DNA from: a bacterium
GTDB taxonomy: Bacteria; Patescibacteriota; Minisyncoccia; JBBINA01
Direction: 5' to 3'
Length of the DNA: 64,000 nt
Assembly (NCBI GenBank): GCA_037444125.1
Contig: JBBINA010000004.1
Location: forward strand, 1,582 to 65,581
Part shown: positions 46,718 through 55,206 of the stretch, one piece after another
How the letters are laid out: each line of letters opens with the position of its first letter
How positions within the stretch are numbered: the first letter of the stretch is position 1
Position numbers and translations under genes: made by a program
The notes under the pieces: generated by a model
Told to the model about the DNA's origin: nothing
Seen by the model: the letters and a program-made list of their open reading frames with translations, nothing else
Databases searched by the model: none

Positions 46718-47398
46718 TTATGCCAATAAGTATTTTCCCTGCTCTTCGTCGCTTATAATAACGCCGTTGTCCAAAGTAACCACTCGTTTGGATAGAGAAT
46801 TAATAACTTCTTTATCGTGAGTTGCAAGAATTACAGTGGTATTTAGTTGATTTATTTTAATCAAAAGATTAATTATTTCCCAGCTGTGAATTGGATCAAG
46901 ATTACCTGTTGGTTCGTCGGCTATTAATATTTTTGGCCTTAGGGCTATAGCTCTACCGATGGCCACTCGTTGCTTTTCGCCGCCAGAAAGCTGATGGGGG
47001 AATTGATCTAGTTTATTTTCAAGTCCGACAATTTGCAGTATTTTTGTTACATCTGATTGAATTTGGTTAAAGGGAATACCAGCGATTTCCATAGCGAAAG
47101 CAATATTTTCAAAAACTGTTTTCCGTGCCAACAGCTTAAAATCTTGAAAAATTATGCCAATTTTTCGTCTATATAGAGGAATTAGTGCTTGAGGTAGCTT
47201 GTTAATGTTTTCGTTATCAACGAAGATTTCGCCTTCACTTGGTTTTTCTTCTCCGATGAGAAGTTTTATAATAGTAGATTTACCAGCTCCAGACCTGCCG
47301 GTTATTGAAACAAATTCGGAATCGTTAATTTTTAAATTTATGTTTTTGAGCGCAAAAGTTGAGTTATACTTCTTATGGACATTCGAAAAAATTATCAT
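46718..47398 (-). CDS. ftsE: Cell-division ABC transporter ATPase FtsE
   Basis: Walker [10 protein letters not shown], signature LSGGEKQR, Walker [13 protein letters not shown]. Confidence 0.85.
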   Translation of the reverse strand: MIIFSNVHKKYNSTFALKNINLKINDSEFVSITGRSGAGKSTIIKLLIGEEKPSEGEIFVDNENINKLPQALIPLYRRKIGIIFQDFKLLARKTVFENIAFAMEIAGIPFNQIQSDVTKILQIVGLENKLDQFPHQLSGGEKQRVAIGRAIALRPKILIADEPTGNLDPIHSWEIINLLIKINQLNTTVILATHDKEVINSLSKRVVTLDNGVIISDEEQGKYLLA

Positions 47399-48501
47399 TT
47401 CGCTATTTTTTTAGAGTTTAGGATAAGTAATCCAATCATCTCATCAAGTTCGCCATTCAAGATTTTATTAATATCATTTGTTTCATAGTCAACGCGAGTA
47501 TCTTTGATTAATTGATAGGGTTCAAATATGTAGTTTCTAATTTGGTTACCCCATGACGGTTTGGCTTTAGTTTTTAAAGCTTCTTTAACTTTGCCCACAT
47601 TTTCTTGAGCAATTTTGATTAATTTAGCATATAAAATTTTCAAAGCTTGCTCGCGGTTTTTTAGTTGATTTCTTCCGGTTTGACATCTTACCCAAAGTCC
47701 GGTTGGCTTGTGAATAACTCGGACTGCCGTGGCTCTCATATTGACATTTTGTCCGCCAGCTCCTCCGGCTCTTGAGAATTCGAATTCCAAATCATCGTCT
47801 TTTAAGTCAATTTCTGGTTTTTCGTCAAGTTCTGGCAAAACTTCCACTAAAGCAAAAGAGGTGTGGCGTAACTTGTCTGGAGAGAACGGCGACATTCTGA
47901 CGAGTCTGTGTACTCCCTGTTCAAATTTTAGATAGCCATAGGCGTATTTGCCACTTATTTTAAAGCTGATGTATTTGAATCCGCCAAAATCATTGCGGCT
48001 TTCGTCAATTATCTCAATTTTATATCCTTTACGCTGGCTATATTTTTCATACATTCTAAAGAGGATTCTTACCCAATCCTCTGCTTCTGTGCCACCTTGG
48101 CCGGCGTAAATAGTTATAATAGCGTTGCCTTTATCAAATTTATCGCCTAAATATACTTCTAATTCTTTTTGTTTAATGAGCTTTTCAAGTTTCTGGATGT
48201 TAGTTTTAACATCGCTAATATTAGCTTCATTTGTGTCGTTTAATTCTTGAATCAGTTTTATATATTCGTAGGTATCATTCAATTGTTTATCTATATCTTC
48301 AATTTCGTTTATTTCTTGGGATAATTTTACAATTTCGATGCTTAAATGTTTTATTTTTTCAGGATTAGCTATATTTTCTTGTTTTTGAATGTTATTTTGG
48401 AGCTTATCAAGTCTTCCCCTTTTTTCAGTAATTCAAGTAGCCTCCTTAACGCGATTGAGGTCATCTTTTAAAACAATGATTTTTTTAAGATATTCTTCCA
48501 T
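47395..48501 (-). CDS. prfB: Peptide chain release factor 2, with one in-frame TGA at codon 23 (48433-48435)
   Basis: SPF (RMSPFSP) and GGQ (GAGGQNVN) motifs. The track ORF (from TTG 48282) lacks the N-domain. Extending upstream in the same frame gives [36 protein letters not shown]..., about 368 aa in total, with RGRLD aligning to the E. coli RGYLD frameshift site. Confidence 0.8.
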
Positions 48502-48582
48502 TTATACTTATACTAATGACAACTTAATTATACAGAATTAAATTTTACTTGCAACCAGTGAAATTGAGTTATGATGTGAAAA

Positions 48583-48900
48583 ATTTACCTAAATGAAAAA
48601 CAGCCAGGGTTACCTAGCTGTCATCAGACCGGGAACCAAGGAATATCCTTGGTTCCCGAATAGATGTCTTTTCTTATGTACTGAGATAAAAGAGGGACAA
48701 CTTTTGAGCGCTTTCCCCCACCAAAATCTCGATGCCATTCGAGGTGTGGGTTAGGCTCGTGGCGTGGGAGGCGACACCCTTTTTGATCCCTGTTGTCCCT
48801 TTATCTCAGGACACTAGTATTTAAGGTGCTTGAAAGAGGCACGGTGGGAAGTGGGAGTTGAGTCGGATTTACATTCCCATTTCCCCCTAATTTTATTTTT
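48583..48900 (+). ncRNA. Unclassified GC-rich structured RNA candidate (about 315 nt) with an intrinsic terminator
   Basis: GC is far above the local background. Structures: a perfect 12-bp hairpin at 48630-48658; a hairpin at 48601-48620; a long-range roughly 18-bp helix (48681-48701 pairing 48792-48809) enclosing about 90 nt; a terminal hairpin gggaagtggga...tcccatttccc followed by a T-run at 48846-48900. Candidate promoter TTGCAA...TATGAT at 48549-48575. Confidence 0.5.
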
Positions 48901-49179
48901 ATAGAGCTATTATATTCCTTAATTGTATTTTTGTCAATAGGTTTTTAATTCCCATTAAACCATAAATTTTAGTGTACACAATATATTATACATAAAAAAA
49001 ATATTTTGTCAATAGGGAAAATGAATTATTTGTTTTTTCAGTTTTAGAAATGAAATATTTAGAGTTCGGCTAAAATTAAATTTATCTATATTTTTGTCAA
49101 GTAAGATAAATAAAAAAAGTGAACTTACTTGTCTTGTGAGATTTTCAGTTCACTTCGTAAATGTTCTTTTAAACTTCGT

Positions 49180-50232
49180 TCAGAGCGGCACCACATGCTT
49201 TTCCGCATATCTTATTTTTCGGCAGCGGATTAGTCCTAGCGAATACCACGGGCATTGATTTTTAATGCATGAGTTCACTGGACACTTATCATGGAGTTTG
49301 GTATAATCCAAAGCGAACTTAACTAGCTCAACGATTTTTTCCAGAGACACTTTGGTGATAGGTATGTGGGGATGGGTTTTGCTGCCGTTGTATATATTTT
49401 CCGAATTTTCATCGTAAAACCACTCGGGGATTTCAGGAAGCGTACCTGGTTTTTCCAGATACTTCCAATCTTGTATTTGGAAGTCCTTTGTTTTAAGCTC
49501 TTCTAAGCGTAGCAGTCGCGCTATTTCGCGGCTAATGATGCCAAACCGTTGATTGATATAAACCTGTATGTGGCCATTAGAATTTTTTTGAATTATCACG
49601 GCCGCATTTACTCCCACTTTTTTGGCTCGTGCAATTTTTGCAATTTGATCGTTGTCAGATTGTGAAACCACTAATTTCACTTTGTGCGGACCAAAATTAA
49701 TTTCCTCAATTCTCGATGTTTTTTCAAACTCATTTTTAACCGCATCCCAAAATCGCTTTTGAATCGTATAGATGCTGTCAATGGCTTGCTCTGTCCAACT
49801 TTGCACACTACCCGGATAATTACCGGCATCATTTAGTCGTTTAACCAAATTTCCAAGCGCCATTGGATGATCGCCAGGCTTTGTATCGGTATTCAACACA
49901 TAACGTAGTAAGTCTTCTAATGCTGGATCGTCCTCTATTCCTAAATCTTTGGCTATAAGTGTGGCCGCACAGTCATCTGGAAACGCTGAGTGTGGATGGT
50001 GGTCGTATTTTCCGCCGCCAATATCTACGGGAATAACTACAATATCGGGGTCACTTTCTTCGTGTTTGCGAATGAAGTTCTCTATTTCTTCGTTGCTTCC
50101 TAGAGTAACTAGTGCAGCTTTTTCAATCCCTGGATACTTTTCATCATTTCCAAAATTTTTAAGCAGCCAAGTAGCACACAAAGCGTCAATATCTGGCGCG
50201 GTATGCGTTAGGATTATGTAATTCCGTGTCAT
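49180..50232 (-). CDS. DHH-family phosphoesterase (NrnA-like oligoribonuclease / pAp phosphatase) with a Cys-rich C-terminal tail
   Basis: ILTHTAPDIDAL and VDIGGGKYDHHPH (DHH motif). AAGGAGG lies 6 nt before the ATG at 50232. The track start at 50343 extends upstream. Confidence 0.7.
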   Translation of the reverse strand: MTRNYIILTHTAPDIDALCATWLLKNFGNDEKYPGIEKAALVTLGSNEEIENFIRKHEESDPDIVVIPVDIGGGKYDHHPHSAFPDDCAATLIAKDLGIEDDPALEDLLRYVLNTDTKPGDHPMALGNLVKRLNDAGNYPGSVQSWTEQAIDSIYTIQKRFWDAVKNEFEKTSRIEEINFGPHKVKLVVSQSDNDQIAKIARAKKVGVNAAVIIQKNSNGHIQVYINQRFGIISREIARLLRLEELKTKDFQIQDWKYLEKPGTLPEIPEWFYDENSENIYNGSKTHPHIPITKVSLEKIVELVKFALDYTKLHDKCPVNSCIKNQCPWYSLGLIRCRKIRYAEKHVVPL

Positions 50233-50345
50233 TTGAAGCCTCCTTTGTATTGATAAAATTTCTAAGGGAACACAGCCTATATTATATTTTATACTTTTAC
50301 CATTTTTGTCAACATATTTTTGAGACCCCACCTCCAAAATCACTT

Positions 50346-51182
50346 TTAGTCGTATAATATTTTTTGTTTCAAATAGGCAAGCCCTCCGTAAATGCCCGAA
50401 AAATCTATTAGTTTTGCTTTATATATTTTTACAGACAAAGGAATTTTTAAACTTCTTTTATAATATGTTCGAATTTTATTAATGGGAATGCCGATTTTTT
50501 TCATCATAGAACCGCCAAGGATTATTGCTTCAGGCGACCAGATAAATGTTATATTAACTAAACCAAGTGATAAAATTTTGGCATATTTATCCCAGATTTT
50601 TGAATCAAAAATTTGGTATGGTTTTTTGCCGTAAATTTTTTCAACTGATCTACCTGAAATATAGTCTTCAAGGGTTGATGGCCATTTATGTTTAAAAAAG
50701 TTGTCAATATTTAAAATTTGCTGGCCGGGTTCAAAACCATAAATGTTGCGGTCGATTTTTTTATTAACAATTCTTGCGCCGCCGACACCAGTGCTGATAG
50801 TAAGATAAACAAGAATTCTAAAAGATTTTCCAGCCCCAAATATTGCTTCGCCAAGACCAGCCAAGTTGGCATCATTTTCAAGGTAAACTTTGCAATCCAA
50901 AGCAGATTCTAGGTCTTTTTTAAGGGGTTTATGAAGCCAGTGTTTGAGATTTGGTGACCAGATAAGTTGTGATTTATCTTGGTTGAATTCTCCGGCAATA
51001 GCAATAGAAATACCTTGTATTTTACGATTATGTGCAAGATTTTTTATTTTTTTCTCAAGTATTTTTAAACCCATTTCAAAATTTTTTGGTGTAGGGAAAA
51101 GCTCTTTATACCAAAAGGTTTTGAGATTTTTTGATGCGCCAAGCTTAATTGTAGTGCCGCCTATGTCAATTGCAAAATACAT
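50346..51182 (-). CDS. ROK-family sugar kinase (glucokinase-like)
   Basis: AIDIGGTTIK, ENDANLAGLGE, ISTGVGGA. Confidence 0.75.
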   Translation of the reverse strand: MYFAIDIGGTTIKLGASKNLKTFWYKELFPTPKNFEMGLKILEKKIKNLAHNRKIQGISIAIAGEFNQDKSQLIWSPNLKHWLHKPLKKDLESALDCKVYLENDANLAGLGEAIFGAGKSFRILVYLTISTGVGGARIVNKKIDRNIYGFEPGQQILNIDNFFKHKWPSTLEDYISGRSVEKIYGKKPYQIFDSKIWDKYAKILSLGLVNITFIWSPEAIILGGSMMKKIGIPINKIRTYYKRSLKIPLSVKIYKAKLIDFSGIYGGLAYLKQKILYD

Positions 51183-51214
51183 AAAAGCGAGAATTATAAA
51201 GATAATTAATCTTA

Positions 51215-53017
51215 CTATTGCCTTTTGAGGATTTCAATGAAAAGATCAGGGGGAATGCGGACTTTGCCAATTTTGCCTAGTTCTTTTTTGGTTTTAGCTT
51301 GTTTTTGCCAAAGTTTCATTTTTCGCGTGCGGTCTCCTCCGTAAAGCCAGCCGGCTATGTCTTTGCGTAAAGCCGGCAAGTCTTCGCGTGCCACGATTTT
51401 GCCATTAATAGAGGCTTGTAGTTTTACTTGAAATTGTTCGCGCGGTAGTTTTTCTTTGAGTTTCTTTAAAAGATAACGAGCATATAATACACCTTCTTCA
51501 TAAGGCATTAAAACTGAGAAAATTTCTGAGACTACGCCGTGAATAATGATTTCGACTTTTTTAAGCGCAGAGATTCTGTAGCCGATAACTTCATAATAAT
51601 AGGAAGCATATCCTTGGCTAATGCTTTTAATGGAATCATGAAAATCTTCAATGATTTTGCGTAAGGGTAGTATAACTTCTAAAGTCATTTTCCCTTCTTG
51701 ATTGTTTTTGAAATCGATAAATTCAGCTTTAATCATTGTTAGATACTCATAAATCTCATTAAAAAAATTGACAGGTGTGATAAGGTGGACCTTTGCGTAA
51801 GGTTCTTCTAGTGAAATAATATTTTCTAGTTTGCCCAAATCACTGGCTTGATTAATTATTTTAGATGTTTTGTCTTTATAATTTATTTTAAACTCAACTG
51901 ATGGTTTAGTGATGAAAAGTTGAATATTTTCTTCTCGTTTCATGCGTTCCAAAAATATTTCAAGATGAAATTGACCTAAAAAACCTCCTTTAATGCCGCG
52001 CCCTAGGTTTTTATCAGAGATTTTTTCGTATACCATTGATGGATCATTAAGACGGTATTTATTTATTTTTGTTAAAAATTCGTCAAAATCCTCGTCTTTA
52101 TAAGGGAAAATATTAACATAAAGTACAGGTTTAGGTTTTTCAAATTGATGTAATGAAATGGTATTTATATCGTATGACATAGTAGCGCTAGTAATAGTAT
52201 CTCCTATAAGAAAAAGCCCTGTTTCTTTTATTCCTGTGGCTATATAGCCAATCTCGCCCGCGGAAAGTTTATTTGATTTTGTGAGATATGGTTTAAAATA
52301 GCCTACTTCTTTAACTCTAATTCGCCGTTTATTGAAAAGAAGCGTAATTTCATCATTAGTTTTGACTGTTCCATTAAATAACCTTAAGAAAAGAATAACT
52401 CCTTTATGTACATCAAAAATTGAGTCAAAAACAAGAGCTTGCAAAGGCTGCTTAATGTTTATAGCGGGTGAAGGAATAGTGGTAATGATTTGATGTAAAA
52501 GATTTTCTACATTTTGTCCTGTTTTAGCTGAAATTAGCAAGGGTTCCCTTTGTAATTTCAAAGTTTTATGCAACTCTTTGGCTATTTTATCTTTTTGTTC
52601 TAAACTGTGCATTAAGTCTATCTTGTTGATTGTTGGAATAATAATTAAACCATTTTTTTTAGCGATTTCTAAATTGTATATGGTTTGTGCCTGTATACCT
52701 TGTGTGATATCAATGAGTAGGATTGCGCCTTCAATGCAAGAGAGGGCGCGTTCAACTTCATAAGTAAAATCAATATGGCCAGGTGTGTCAATAAGATTAA
52801 GTATATATTTATTATTGTTAAAATTGTACTCCATGGTTACTGGTTGCATTTTGATAGTGACGCCTCGCTCTCTTTCTATAGGGTTTATATCTAAAAACTG
52901 CGCGTGTAGTTTTTCTTTAGGAACTGTTTTGGTAATTTCAAGAAGACGGTCAGCCAGAGTTGATTTTCCGTGATCGATGTGGGCTATAATTGCGAAATTT
53001 ATAATTTTTGTCAGCAT
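51215..53017 (-). CDS. lepA: Elongation factor 4
   Basis: NFAIIAHIDHGKSTLADRLL, DTPGHIDF, NKIDL and the LepA C-terminal domain (600 aa). Confidence 0.92.
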   Translation of the reverse strand: MLTKIINFAIIAHIDHGKSTLADRLLEITKTVPKEKLHAQFLDINPIERERGVTIKMQPVTMEYNFNNNKYILNLIDTPGHIDFTYEVERALSCIEGAILLIDITQGIQAQTIYNLEIAKKNGLIIIPTINKIDLMHSLEQKDKIAKELHKTLKLQREPLLISAKTGQNVENLLHQIITTIPSPAINIKQPLQALVFDSIFDVHKGVILFLRLFNGTVKTNDEITLLFNKRRIRVKEVGYFKPYLTKSNKLSAGEIGYIATGIKETGLFLIGDTITSATMSYDINTISLHQFEKPKPVLYVNIFPYKDEDFDEFLTKINKYRLNDPSMVYEKISDKNLGRGIKGGFLGQFHLEIFLERMKREENIQLFITKPSVEFKINYKDKTSKIINQASDLGKLENIISLEEPYAKVHLITPVNFFNEIYEYLTMIKAEFIDFKNNQEGKMTLEVILPLRKIIEDFHDSIKSISQGYASYYYEVIGYRISALKKVEIIIHGVVSEIFSVLMPYEEGVLYARYLLKKLKEKLPREQFQVKLQASINGKIVAREDLPALRKDIAGWLYGGDRTRKMKLWQKQAKTKKELGKIGKVRIPPDLFIEILKRQ

Positions 53018-53020
53018 AAT

Positions 53021-53593
53021 TTATTTAATTTTTACTATTTTTAAACTAAAATTTTCCCGTTCAAATATGCCACCTTTTCTTGCCATTAAATCAAATAAGA
53101 GCTGGAATAATTTCTGCCAATCGATTTTTTCTTTGATAAGGGGCGTGTTTGAGTCATGGCAAAATTTATCAATTAGTTCTTTGCCTCGAGAGTTGGCATA
53201 TTCACCAACGTAACGTATTTCAGCTACATTATGAGCTAAGAGATTGCGCTTTACACAGCGAAGACAAGGCGTTCCAATGATTCTTACGCGCGATTTTTCC
53301 AACATTTTTCTTGGCGTATTTAGGTTTAGATTATCTTCAGCATGAAGGGTTCGTTCGTCATGGCATTCAACCATTAAATGGCTTATATCATCGCAATGGG
53401 ATTGGCCAGGTAAAGATCCATTATAACCTAATCCTACCAGACGTTTATTTTTTTCCGCGCTGGCGGTCGTGCGAAGCCGATCGCAAGTTGATAAAACTGA
53501 GTGTAGGGCAGTTGTAACCCAGAAAACCATATTGCGGAGTTCATCCCTTGATAATTTGATAGAACTTTTATAATTTGAAGCTAAACTTTTCAT
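53021..53593 (-). CDS. dCMP / cytidine deaminase family (ComEB-like)
   Basis: Zinc-binding HAEDN (H-A-E) and PCLRC (PCxxC) motifs. Confidence 0.75.
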   Translation of the reverse strand: MKSLASNYKSSIKLSRDELRNMVFWVTTALHSVLSTCDRLRTTASAEKNKRLVGLGYNGSLPGQSHCDDISHLMVECHDERTLHAEDNLNLNTPRKMLEKSRVRIIGTPCLRCVKRNLLAHNVAEIRYVGEYANSRGKELIDKFCHDSNTPLIKEKIDWQKLFQLLFDLMARKGGIFERENFSLKIVKIK

Positions 53594-53610
53594 TTTAATT
53601 TGATCAGAAT

Positions 53611-55206
53611 TTAAAAAATAATTGTTTTGTTTTTCAACATATATTTAATTTTTGTGTAAAGTTGAAGTGCTTCTTCTTTTTTAAGGATTAAATTAATAAT
53701 AAGATAAATAGATAAGCCAAGACTACTTACTATTATACCTCTTACAAAAACAGCCATAATGTTAAAATTAAGAAATTTTTGCAAATATCCGTTTAAAATA
53801 ATAGCAGTTATGCTCATTATTAGGCAAGATAATAATATTTTCGATATTTGCTGTAGAAATAAACCAAAGTTGAATTGTGGTAATTTGGCTTTTAGTAAGA
53901 TAAAAGCTAAACAGGCATTAATAATACCTGAAGCAATAATGGCATAAGCCAAACCCCAAAAACCAAAGTTGAGATGAAAGCTTAAGTAGAAGGTAAGGCC
54001 CAGGGTGATGGCAAAGCTGACTCCATTAGAGATGATTGGTGCTTTGGTGTTTTTGATAGCGTAAAAAGCTTTAGTTAAGAGTGGAATTAGTGATTGGAAG
54101 GGTACGGCAAAGATTGTTAGACCGATAAAGTTGCTGGTAATTAAAACATCTTTTTCTTCAAATTTGCCAATAAAAAGAAGTACGCGAACAATTTCTGTAC
54201 GCAGAACATAAAAAATAAAAACTAATGGTAAAATGAAAAATAGAGCATTGTTAAGGGATTTATTTAAGGTTAAAGCAAACTTATGTCGTTGTTGGTTGGA
54301 ATTAAGGTCGGCTAAATAAGCAAAGCTTGAGGTGGCAAAAGCAATTCCGATAATACCATATGGAATATATTCGATATCAAAGGCGTAATTTAGGATAGAA
54401 ACATATCCTTCTCCAAAGTGAGAGGCTAGGCTATTTATGATTAAGAAATTAAGTTGAAAAAATAATAGGCCCAAAGATCGAAAGAGTGATAGTTTTATTA
54501 TTTTTTGTAGATTTTTATCCTTTAAATTCCAATGTAAAGAGTAGTTGAAACCAACTCGCCTAAAAAATAAGGTGTGAATCATCATATGAAAAAAAGAACC
54601 CAAGACGACACCTAATGCTAGACCTTGAATACCGAAATATTTAGCTAAAAAAGCGGCGCCAGTTATTATGCCTAAATTATAAAGAGCAGGAGCTAAGCTG
54701 TAGCTGATGAAGATTTTGTGAACTTGCAGGATTGAGGAAAAAAGGTCAGAGAGTACTAGAAATAAAGGTTGAGCGAGCATAATAATAGTGAGAATAATGA
54801 CTTTATGTTTAGATGTCTCGTCTAGACCGGGGGCAATTAAATGGACGAGTTTTGGGAGAGAGACTATTGTTAAAAGTATTATTACGACTACAAAAGATAG
54901 GATGAAATTAATGGAGTTAGAAATGAGTTTATTAATTTTTTCCGTAGTTTGTTTTTTTTGATAGATTAGTTCTGAAAGTAAAGGGATTAAAACTGAGCTT
55001 GCGCCGCCTAGCATCAGTATAGCGAACACTAAATCAGGAATTCTGAAAGAAAGATAAAAAATATCAAGATCGATGCTAGCGCCGAAGTTTTGAGCAAAAA
55101 GACGTGCTCTAATGATTCCCAGTAACCTTGAAACTAAACTAAAAAAGGCGATTAAAAGCGCGCCCGAAAGAACGTTTTTGGACTTGAGAGAAAAAATTGA
55201 TTTCAT
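53611..55206 (-). CDS. murJ: Lipid II flippase MurJ (MviN)
   Basis: N-terminal SRLLGIIRARLFAQNFGASIDLDIFYLSFRIPD and about 14 TM helices. Confidence 0.8.
   Translation of the reverse strand: MKSIFSLKSKNVLSGALLIAFFSLVSRLLGIIRARLFAQNFGASIDLDIFYLSFRIPDLVFAILMLGGASSVLIPLLSELIYQKKQTTEKINKLISNSINFILSFVVVIILLTIVSLPKLVHLIAPGLDETSKHKVIILTIIMLAQPLFLVLSDLFSSILQVHKIFISYSLAPALYNLGIITGAAFLAKYFGIQGLALGVVLGSFFHMMIHTLFFRRVGFNYSLHWNLKDKNLQKIIKLSLFRSLGLLFFQLNFLIINSLASHFGEGYVSILNYAFDIEYIPYGIIGIAFATSSFAYLADLNSNQQRHKFALTLNKSLNNALFFILPLVFIFYVLRTEIVRVLLFIGKFEEKDVLITSNFIGLTIFAVPFQSLIPLLTKAFYAIKNTKAPIISNGVSFAITLGLTFYLSFHLNFGFWGLAYAIIASGIINACLAFILLKAKLPQFNFGLFLQQISKILLSCLIMSITAIILNGYLQKFLNFNIMAVFVRGIIVSSLGLSIYLIINLILKKEEALQLYTKIKYMLKNKTIIF

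Noticed and set aside
48282-48501. Classical +1 programmed frameshift in prfB
   Set aside because: The +1 frame after ACU-U terminates at UAG after 21 codons and the -1 frame stops at once. Only frame 0 stays open, so the interruption is an in-frame UGA, not a frameshift.
48621-48627. CUGAUGA (minus-strand) hammerhead-like core inside the ncRNA candidate
   Set aside because: There is no GAAA / helix III arrangement in either orientation. The heptamer is just the spacer between two hairpins.
48587-48766. 59-aa ORF (MKNSQGYLAVIRPGTKEYPWFPN...) inside the GC-rich region
   Set aside because: It has no SD, and the sequence is dominated by perfectly complementary stems and ends in a terminator, which fits an RNA better than a protein.
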